From assembly GCA_035559395.1 (NCBI GenBank), contig DATMAX010000013.1, forward strand, positions 117,103 to 141,102: DNA of 24,000 bases. The letters are read 5' to 3'. Source of the stretch: Methylococcus sp. (lineage in GTDB: Bacteria; Pseudomonadota; Gammaproteobacteria; Methylococcales; Methylococcaceae). The position numbers were made by a program, and so were the translations under genes. Positions 18,026 through 24,000 of this stretch are shown here, piece after piece (position 1 is the stretch's first letter; the number at the start of each line of letters is the position of its first letter). The notes beneath the pieces were generated by a model. That model saw nothing but the letters and a program-made list of their open reading frames with translations, did no database searches and was not told the DNA's origin.

Positions 18026-19693
18026 ATGTTCATGCAAGGTATGGCCAATTTCCTCGACGATTTTCTCGGCGGGCTGATGCTGATCGGCTATTCGCTGATC
18101 GTCGGGAGTCTGATCTGGGCCGCATACATCCTCAAGGCATGGAAGGTGCAGGAACAAGCGACCGACCAGGCGGTCCGCTTGACCATGCGGACGTTCCGCC
18201 TCGGTGCGATCGCACTGGCCGTGATGCAGGCCACCAAGCTCACCGTCAAAGGCGTCCTGCTCGCCGCCATTCTCGACGAATTCCCCGTGGAGGCCTACCT
18301 CGGCACGGTCCAGTTCAAGGCCGGTTTGTTGCGCTTCTTCCTGTGCCTCGGCCTCATACCGGTGTCCCGCCTTCTGGCACTCTCCCCGCGGCGAGCTTCG
18401 GCCTGGGTCGGGGCGGTCTTTCTCATCGTGCCCTTGATCGTGAGCGGCGCTTGGCTCGTGCACGGGGTCGGACGGTTCGAGCATCGGGAATCGCTCATGG
18501 CCTTGACGGTAGTGCACCAGTTCGGTGCCGCGGTTTGGTTCGGTGGCGTCGCCCAACTGCTGTTTCTCTGGCGGGCTTCCCGTTCCAATCCGACGCTGCG
18601 TACGCTCTGGCCGCTCGCCATCACGCATTTCGCCTGGCTCGGGCTGACGTCGGTCGCCTTGCTGGTCGCCACCGGTCTGCCGCTGGCGACCGAGTACGTC
18701 GGCACTTGGGACGGACTCTTTGGCACCGGTTATGGCAGTTTGGTGGTGACCAAGACCGCCTTGCTGGGGGTCGCGCTCTATTTCGCCTACCGCAATCACA
18801 AGGCGGGCCGGGAGTGGAAACACTCGGGGATCGCTCCCGAGCTGGTGGGCAAGGTACCGTACTTCATCGAGGCGGAAACTTTTATCCTGGTCGGTGTGCT
18901 ATTCGTCGCCGCCACCTTATCGTCGCAGCCCCCTTCGGTCGACATCAAGGATACAACGGCGACGGTCGCGGAGGTCGCGGAAATGTTCATGCCGCGCCTG
19001 CCCAAGCTTCGTTCGCCGAGTCATGAAGAGTTGCTTGCCGGGGAACCGGGCCGGGTCGCCGTCGTGGACAAAGTACCTTCACCGGCCGCCACCGAATGGT
19101 CGGATTACAACCACAATGTTTCCGGTATATTCCTGACGGCCATGTGTCTAGTGGCGATGCTTTCCTATACCGGCCGTTTCCGCTGGGCACGCTATTGGCC
19201 GGCCGGTTTCATCGGTCTGAGTGTCTTCCTGTTCTTCCGCAGCGACGCCGAGACCTGGCCGCTGGGCCCCATCGGCTTTTGGGAAAGTACTTTCGGCAAT
19301 GGCGAAGTGTTCCAGCATCGTCTTGCGACCCTGCTGGCGTTTCTTTTAGGGGTCATGGAACTACGCGCCCGCACCCATCCCGGCGCCCACCGCCTCCGCT
19401 ACCTATTTCCGGTCCTATGCGCCTTCGGCGGCATCTTGCTACTGACCCATGCTCATGCGGAATTCGAGCTCAAGAGCGAGTACCTGATCCAATCTACCCA
19501 TACGGCGATGGGTCTCCTCGCCGTGATCATCGCCAGCGGACGGTGGCTGGAATTGCGGTTGACCCAGCCGGAATTGGCGGGTCGCTCCTCTCTCGCGATG
19601 GCAGAGGACCAACACATTGCTGGGTTCATTTCCATTGTCGCGATGTTCCTCATCGGCAACTTTCTGATGTTCTATCGCGAACCGCTTTTTTGA
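18026..19693 (+). CDS. copD: CopD-family integral membrane protein with an extra C-terminal ~6-TM domain
   Basis: 555 aa. Residues 1-300 contain about 8 hydrophobic helices and directly follow copC, as in copCD pairs (SD GGAGAGG overlaps the copC stop). Residues about 360-555 add about 6 more predicted helices with His-containing motifs ('DYNHN', 'THAHAEFE', 'QSTHTAMG'). The CopD call rests on topology and the copC partner, so it is less certain than the other calls. Confidence 0.7.
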   Translation: MFMQGMANFLDDFLGGLMLIGYSLIVGSLIWAAYILKAWKVQEQATDQAVRLTMRTFRLGAIALAVMQATKLTVKGVLLAAILDEFPVEAYLGTVQFKAGLLRFFLCLGLIPVSRLLALSPRRASAWVGAVFLIVPLIVSGAWLVHGVGRFEHRESLMALTVVHQFGAAVWFGGVAQLLFLWRASRSNPTLRTLWPLAITHFAWLGLTSVALLVATGLPLATEYVGTWDGLFGTGYGSLVVTKTALLGVALYFAYRNHKAGREWKHSGIAPELVGKVPYFIEAETFILVGVLFVAATLSSQPPSVDIKDTTATVAEVAEMFMPRLPKLRSPSHEELLAGEPGRVAVVDKVPSPAATEWSDYNHNVSGIFLTAMCLVAMLSYTGRFRWARYWPAGFIGLSVFLFFRSDAETWPLGPIGFWESTFGNGEVFQHRLATLLAFLLGVMELRARTHPGAHRLRYLFPVLCAFGGILLLTHAHAEFELKSEYLIQSTHTAMGLLAVIIASGRWLELRLTQPELAGRSSLAMAEDQHIAGFISIVAMFLIGNFLMFYREPLF

Positions 19694-19698
19694 CGCCG

Positions 19699-19730
19699 AA
19701 AAAAAGGCATCTTCCGATGCCCTTTTTTAT
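19699..19730. terminator. Bidirectional rho-independent terminator (copD / hpnM convergent ends)
   Basis: A7 tract, GGCATC (19706-19711), loop TTCC, GATGCC (19716-19721), C, T6 (19723-19728). The A-tract and T-tract flanks let it work on both strands. It starts 6 nt after the copD stop. Confidence 0.75.
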
Positions 19731-19751
19731 GTAAGTAGGATTGAATCCAGG

Positions 19752-20363
19752 TCACCCCTTGGTACTCGCGTAATCGGCGATTTTCTGCGCCAGTTTCGCC
19801 ATCAGCTTGTCGAAGCCCTCGCGATCGATGACACTGGTATATTGGGCTTTCTTCAAGGCCAGGTCACTGATTCCATCCACGATGATGTTGATGATTTTCC
19901 ATTTGTCATCGAACTGGTTGACCATATAGTCGAACTTCACGGGATTCTCTTTCGGGATGATCATCTGATATCGTAATACCAGGCGGTCCGGTCTGAGCGT
20001 CTGTTCCGATTCGTATTTGAACTGTTCGCCGCCGTAACTGTTGAACTGCGCCGCGTAGGTGGCGATGCTGAGTTCGGTAAGCGTCTTCACGAATTTGGCC
20101 TTTTGCTCCTCGGTCAAAGTCTTCCAATGACTGCCGAGTGCGATCTGAGCCACGGCTTCGAACTGAAAAACCTCGCGAACCACCGGCTCCAGCCGCTTGT
20201 AACGCCCCTGATAACCGAGTTGTTTCGCTTCCTTCATCACACCAATCAGAGCCGCATTCAATCGCTCGACGACCGCTTTGGCCGCTTCGACCCCGGACTC
20301 GGCCGCGCTGGCCATCGCGCTTGCCAGAACGAGCGCCAGCGCTCCAATCATTCGCAAGTACAT
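19752..20363 (-). CDS. hpnM: MlaC/Ttg2D-family periplasmic lipid-binding protein (HpnM-like)
   Basis: 203 aa. Signal peptide 'ALALVLASAMASA|AES'. MlaC-family core 'IALGSHWKTLTEEQKAKFVKTLTELSIATYAAQF'. SD GAGGA 6 nt before the ATG. The hopanoid role is inferred from neighbourhood. Confidence 0.7.
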   Translation of the reverse strand: MYLRMIGALALVLASAMASAAESGVEAAKAVVERLNAALIGVMKEAKQLGYQGRYKRLEPVVREVFQFEAVAQIALGSHWKTLTEEQKAKFVKTLTELSIATYAAQFNSYGGEQFKYESEQTLRPDRLVLRYQMIIPKENPVKFDYMVNQFDDKWKIINIIVDGISDLALKKAQYTSVIDREGFDKLMAKLAQKIADYASTKG

Positions 20364-20396
20364 TGTGAATCCTCGTCATAGGCAAATTTGCAACAA

Positions 20397-20405
20397 AATA
20401 TACCA
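20397..20405 (-). promoter_or_regulatory. Candidate extended -10 promoter for the hpnM-like gene
   Basis: The minus strand reads TGgTATATT (20405 down to 20397), about 34 nt upstream of the ATG. There is no convincing -35. A 10-bp palindrome GCAAATTTGC (20382-20391) sits at the predicted start site. Confidence 0.35.
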
Positions 20406-20599
20406 TAGGACCCACAATTCCCTGAAAACAAATGTGTTCGGCGCAATCGAGCAGTGAGGAAAACCGATGCGCATGCACTTTCCTCCGACCCCAATCGATT
20501 CGATAGAAAGGCGCCGCCGAAGCGTCGCCCGCCTAGAAGTGTCGCTGACTCTGAAGTCTGATGTCCGGCTCTTTTCCCACCGCCGTTGCCAAGCGCCGG

Positions 20600-20627
20600 C
20601 TTCATCCGAATGAAGGGGCGGTTTTCT
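20600..20627 (+). terminator. Terminator-like hairpin + TTTTCT in the hpnM/mtnB intergenic region
   Basis: CTTCAT (20600-20605), loop CCGA, ATGAAG (20610-20615), then GGGCGG, which can pair imperfectly with upstream CCGCC (20580-20584), then TTTTCT (20622-27). It lies upstream of the predicted mtnB promoter, and no + strand gene precedes it. Confidence 0.25.
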
Positions 20628-20668
20628 GTGAATCATGGGTCTTGACCGTGTCCGCGAAAAAGCTCCGT

Positions 20669-20697
20669 TTGAGAATCTCCCGACACGGTTCTACAAT
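20669..20697 (+). promoter_or_regulatory. Candidate sigma70 promoter of mtnB-mtnD-mtnC
   Basis: TTGAGA (20669-20674), 17-nt spacer, TACAAT (20692-20697). Each hexamer matches at 5/6. It would give a leader of about 29 nt. Confidence 0.5.
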
Positions 20698-20732
20698 GCC
20701 GACCCTATTTCAAACAGCAACGACGATAAAGC

Positions 20733-21347
20733 TTGTACGAGGCAGAATTCGCAACTCGCGCCACGGAGCTAATCGAAGCCGGTCGGGCCATCGACACTCG
20801 GGGTTGGGTACCGGCCACCAGCGGCAACTTTTCCGCCCGACTCGCCGACGGCCGTATCGCCATCACGGCGTCGGGACGCCACAAAGGACGTCTCACTTCC
20901 GAAGACATCCTGCTGGTGGATGCCGAGGGGCGCTCCCTGGACGGCAGAAAACCGTCGGCGGAAACCCTGTTGCATGTGAGCCTGTACCGCCGCTATCCGG
21001 AGGTACGGGCCATCCTGCACCCACATTCCCCCGCTTCGACGCTGATTTCGCGAGTGGCGTCCGGGGCAGTGATCCTGGAAGGCTACGAACTATTGAAGGC
21101 CCTGGCCGGGATCGACACCCACGAAACCAGGATCGTCGTACCCATCTTCCCCAATGACCAGGACATCGCCCGCCTCGCCCGTCGGGTGGAGAAATACCTC
21201 GAGACCCAGGGCGACATTCGCGCCTATCTCATCGCAGGCCATGGTTTTTATACCTGGGGACGTTCGGTAGCCGAAGCCTTGCGCCATGTAGAGGCATTGG
21301 AATTTTTGTTCGATCTGGAAACTCGCATGTATGGGGTGAGCCGATGA
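20733..21347 (+). CDS. mtnB: Methylthioribulose-1-phosphate dehydratase (class II aldolase fold)
   Basis: 204 aa. 'GWVPATSGNFSARL', 'ITASGRHKG', 'ETLLHVSLY', 'ILHPHS', 'YLIAGHGFYTWG'. The start must be TTG 20733: an in-frame TAA lies at 20727-20729, and there is no ATG/GTG before the conserved N-terminal region. Confidence 0.85.
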   Translation: MYEAEFATRATELIEAGRAIDTRGWVPATSGNFSARLADGRIAITASGRHKGRLTSEDILLVDAEGRSLDGRKPSAETLLHVSLYRRYPEVRAILHPHSPASTLISRVASGAVILEGYELLKALAGIDTHETRIVVPIFPNDQDIARLARRVEKYLETQGDIRAYLIAGHGFYTWGRSVAEALRHVEALEFLFDLETRMYGVSR

Positions 21348-21904
21348 GCTTGTTGACGATCCATCCGGAAACCCAGCCCGGACGCGCCGAAATCGTCCGT
21401 GACGGCGAAGCCATCGCGGCCCGCTTAGCCGAGATCGGTGTCTTGTTCGAACGCTGGAAAACCGACCGCAACCTCGAACCGGGCGCCGGGCCCGATGCGA
21501 TCCTGGCGGCCTACCGGGACTCGATTGATCGCCTGAAGGATAAGTACGGCTTCGCCACCGCCGACGTCATCAGCGTCGAACCGGACCATCCGCAAAGAAC
21601 TGAGTTGCGGAACCGTTTCCTGAGGGAACACACCCATCGCGACTTCGAAGTTCGGTTTTTTGTTGAAGGACGGGGATTGTTTTATCTCCATCCCGATGAC
21701 CGGGTTTACGCGGTACTGTGTGAAAAGGGAGATCTCTTGAGCGTGCCCGCGAATGTGCGTCATTGGTTCGATATGGGGGAAAGCCCCCATCTCAAGTGCA
21801 TCCGCCTGTTCACCACAGCGGAAGGCTGGGTGGCGGATTTCATCGGAAGTGACATCGGCGAGCGCTTTCCCAAGCTCGGCGAATACCTAGAGAGCTATAC
21901 ATGA
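21344..21904 (+). CDS. mtnD: Acireductone dioxygenase (ARD, cupin)
   Basis: 186 aa. Cupin metal motif 'REHTHRDFEVRFFVEGRGLFYLH' and 'VPANVRHWF'. ATGA overlap with the mtnB stop. Confidence 0.9.
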   Translation: MSLLTIHPETQPGRAEIVRDGEAIAARLAEIGVLFERWKTDRNLEPGAGPDAILAAYRDSIDRLKDKYGFATADVISVEPDHPQRTELRNRFLREHTHRDFEVRFFVEGRGLFYLHPDDRVYAVLCEKGDLLSVPANVRHWFDMGESPHLKCIRLFTTAEGWVADFIGSDIGERFPKLGEYLESYT

Positions 21905-22632
21905 TCCGTGCGATCCTCACCGACATCGAAGGTACGACCTCATCCCTGTCGTTCGTCAAGGACATTCTTTTCCCCTATGCCCGCGCACGCATGGCGGATT
22001 TCATCCGCAGCCACGCCGATGACGAAATGATAGGGAACTTGTTGAATGAGACGCGGGAGGCGGCGGGCGATCCGACGCTCGACGACGAAGCCGTAATCGG
22101 TCATCTCCTCGCGTGGATCGACGAGGACCGCAAGATCACGCCGCTCAAGGCGCTGCAGGGATTGATTTGGGAGGAAGGCTACCGCCGGGGTGACTTTCAG
22201 GGACACGTGTACGAGGATGCGGTACGGCACTTGCGCGCATGGCACGCCCAAGGGCTTCGCCTCTTCATATTCTCCTCCGGTTCTGTCCATGCCCAGGAGT
22301 TATTGTTCGCTCACACCGCTTTCGGCGACCTCAGGCCCTTGTTTTCCGGTCACTTCGACACTCGGATTGGCGCCAAACAAGACCCCGAGGCCTATCGGAA
22401 AATCGCCTCTTCCATCGGTTTTGTGCCGGAGGCGATTCTCTTTCTGTCCGATATCGAAGGGGAACTGGACGCCGCCCGCGAAGCCGGCATGAACACCTTC
22501 CGTTTGGTTCGCGAGGGGGAAGTCGAGAGCGAACACCCACAGGGTTCGACCTTTGATGCCATTCCCACCAGTCTCCTCGGACTCGACCTCGCGATCACAA
22601 CTCCCCAAAGCTCCGGCAGGATTCGAATCTGA
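21901..22632 (+). CDS. mtnC: Enolase-phosphatase E1 (HAD family)
   Basis: 243 aa. 'AILTDIEGTTSSLSFVKDILFPYAR' (HAD motif I), 'IFSSGSV', 'ILFLSDIEGELDAAREAGM'. ATGA overlap with the mtnD stop. Confidence 0.9.
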   Translation: MIRAILTDIEGTTSSLSFVKDILFPYARARMADFIRSHADDEMIGNLLNETREAAGDPTLDDEAVIGHLLAWIDEDRKITPLKALQGLIWEEGYRRGDFQGHVYEDAVRHLRAWHAQGLRLFIFSSGSVHAQELLFAHTAFGDLRPLFSGHFDTRIGAKQDPEAYRKIASSIGFVPEAILFLSDIEGELDAAREAGMNTFRLVREGEVESEHPQGSTFDAIPTSLLGLDLAITTPQSSGRIRI

Positions 22633-22863
22633 TGAATCCGTGAGGGTTGATCTGGGGTCCGCGAAGCGCTTAAAGTTCATGGCTTGCGCGAACCGGGGGT
22701 CACAGACGAGTCGCCGGCTTTCCTACCCACCGGATGTCGCAAAAGTCACTGTGATGTCATAGCGAGAGATCATCCGGTCTCCGCGGCTTTTTCCGCGTCC
22801 CGGTCCCCTGTTGGTTTTGCACATGATCGAGGTTTCCTGGTGAGATCAGATCCCTTGTCCCAC

Positions 22864-23427
22864 ATGGCATACCATGCTTCCGAAAGCAGGCTCAGTCGGC
22901 GCGATTTCCTCACGCGCTTGGGTGCGGCCGCCGCCGGCATGCTGTTGTTTCCGAAAGCCAACGCCTTCGTCCAGTCACTCGGCACGGAACGTGTGCTGCA
23001 TTTGCACAATCTGCACACAGACGAAGAAATGACCCTCGTATGCTGTCCCGAACAGCACTATGACCATCGAGTGCTGCGGCAGTTCAGCTATCTGCTCCGC
23101 GACCATCACACCGACGCCATTCATCCAATGGATCCCGGATTGATCGACATTCTCTATGCCATCTCTGCTTTGACCGGCTCGCGGGGTACCTTCCAGATCA
23201 TTTCCGGTTACCGGTCTCCGGAAACCAATCACATGTTGCGGAAACTGAGTTACGGCGTGGCCGAACACAGTCTGCACATGGAAGGCAAAGCCATCGACCT
23301 GCGCATGAGCGATGTGAGTACCCGCACCATCCGCAAGGTCGCCCTTGCCCTCCGTTACGGTGGCGTCGGTTACTACCGCAGAGCCAATTTCGTCCATCTC
23401 GACACGGGAAGAATCCGGTCCTGGTAG
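22864..23427 (+). CDS. mepK: Tat-exported YcbK/MepK-like peptidase (DUF882, M15A zinc peptidase fold)
   Basis: 187 aa from ATG 22864. Twin-arginine signal 'SRRDFLTRLGAAAAGMLLFPKANA'. Zn-ligand motifs 'SLHMEGKAIDL' and 'FVHLD'. 'ISGYRSPETN'. An alternative in-frame GTG at 22840 has GAGG 7 nt upstream and would add 8 aa. The track start at 22684 would bury the Tat signal 60 aa inside the protein. Confidence 0.8.
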   Translation: MAYHASESRLSRRDFLTRLGAAAAGMLLFPKANAFVQSLGTERVLHLHNLHTDEEMTLVCCPEQHYDHRVLRQFSYLLRDHHTDAIHPMDPGLIDILYAISALTGSRGTFQIISGYRSPETNHMLRKLSYGVAEHSLHMEGKAIDLRMSDVSTRTIRKVALALRYGGVGYYRRANFVHLDTGRIRSW

Positions 23428-23590
23428 GTGTCCTGCCTCCGCAATCAACGGACCATGGGTGAAAGAACACCGGGGCGCGTTCACGAGGAGGTGGACACCG
23501 TCCGCCCTTGTGCGCAAACTAGACAGGGTCAAACCCCTCTTGGGGTAGATCCGTTGTCGACCATCCTCGGGAAAGATCAGGAGCAAACCC

Positions 23591-23899
23591 ATGCATCGAT
23601 TGAAAACCGTACTGGTACCGATCGCCCTTTGCAGCGGACTTACCACCACGCCTTTCGTATTCGCGGCAGGCGGTGAGTCCTATCCGGCTGCCGACTTCAA
23701 GCCGTCCGTGATTTACCGCGATCCCGGATTGCTCTATCCGGCTGCCGACTTCACACCATCCGTGATCTACCGCGACCCGGAATTGATCGAACGAACGAGC
23801 CGCGGCACGGAGTCGAAGTATCCGGCATCCGACTTCCAGCCCCGTATCATCTACCGAGATGAAGCCTACATAGCCACCCAACGCACGGAGTCCGACTGA
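23591..23899 (+). CDS. Small secreted protein with three YPA(A/S)DFxPxxIYRD repeats, function unknown
   Basis: 102 aa. SD AGGAG (23579-23583) lies 7 nt before the ATG. N-terminal signal peptide 'MHRLKTVLVPIALCSGLTTTPFVFA|AGG'. The rest is hydrophilic with a 14-aa motif repeated three times. I recognise no family. Confidence 0.6.
   Translation: MHRLKTVLVPIALCSGLTTTPFVFAAGGESYPAADFKPSVIYRDPGLLYPAADFTPSVIYRDPELIERTSRGTESKYPASDFQPRIIYRDEAYIATQRTESD
23681..23860 (+). repeat. In-frame tandem coding repeats (3 copies of a 42-nt core)
   Basis: Copies at 23681-23722, 23735-23776 and 23819-23860. Copies 1 and 2 match at 37/42 nt by manual alignment. Copy 3 is more diverged. Spacing is 54 and 84 nt. 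Confidence 0.85.
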
Positions 23900-24000
23900 T
23901 CGGTACGCGAATGTGCATCTCCGGTCCGGGTCATCGGCTGGCGCTCCCATGGGCGATGGCCCGGATGAGTCATTGCGCCTTGGCAAACCCGTCCCGTCCC

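Noticed and set aside
16192-18823. 458-aa and 455-aa minus-strand ORFs opposite hpnO and copC/copD
   Set aside because: Shadow ORFs of GC-rich coding sequence. The + strand frames carry clear aminotransferase and CopC/CopD features.
20640-20732. Possible SAM-responsive riboswitch (SAM-II-like 'AAAGCT' next to the start codon, or SAM-I/SAH elements) upstream of mtnB
   Set aside because: I could not find the conserved cores: no SAM-I GAGGGA/kink-turn pattern, no SAH 'GAGGAGCGCUGC', and no convincing SAM-II pseudoknot partners. The predicted leader is only about 29 nt. Only a covariance-model scan could reopen this.
22619-22639. tRNA T-arm-like string GGATTCGAATC and a 6-bp hairpin GGATTC/GAATCC at the mtnC stop
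   Set aside because: The flanks do not form a T-stem around TTCGAAT, and there is no acceptor or anticodon arm. It is simply the codons for the mtnC C-terminus (...GRIRI*). As a terminator it has only 6 bp and no U-tract.
23681-23860. Regularly spaced direct repeats as a possible mini-CRISPR or satellite
   Set aside because: There are only three copies, with unequal spacing (54 and 84 nt). They are in frame within a well-supported ORF and conserved at the amino-acid level, so they are coding repeats.
23519-23986. 155-aa minus-strand ORF overlapping the repeat protein, which also looks repetitive
   Set aside because: Its repeats are just the antisense image of the + strand repeats. It lacks an SD and a signal peptide, whereas the + strand ORF has both.

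Overview
GC-rich chromosomal window (roughly 60% G+C by eye, not computed). It looks proteobacterial and probably gammaproteobacterial, because ParC/ParE are present and xseB-ispA-dxs has the E. coli-type order. I found no tRNA/rRNA genes, CRISPR array, transposase, integrase, phage genes or recognisable defence genes. Layout: parE-parC (-) | xseB-ispA-dxs-apt (+) | hpnH (-) | sqs-shc-hpnG-hpnN-hpnO-copC-copD (+, one apparent seven-gene unit ending in a strong intrinsic terminator) | MlaC-family hpnM-like gene (-) | mtnB-mtnD-mtnC (+) | Tat-exported YcbK/MepK-like M15 peptidase (+) | small secreted protein with three tandem repeats (+). The core of the window (about 4.3-20.4 kb) is a very compact isoprenoid-to-hopanoid locus running from the MEP-pathway entry enzyme to hopanoid export. 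The least explained features are: (1) a CopC/CopD-like periplasmic/membrane pair, with a CopD nearly twice the usual length, that seems co-transcribed inside the hopanoid operon; (2) apt translationally coupled to dxs beside hpnH, which fits salvage of the adenine released by HpnG; (3) AT-rich inverted repeats and a shared TTTTGTTGC motif in the two hopanoid control regions; (4) an uncharacterised secreted YPA(A/S)DFxPxxIYRD repeat protein. All functional calls come from reading the translated ORFs for family motifs. No database search was run.
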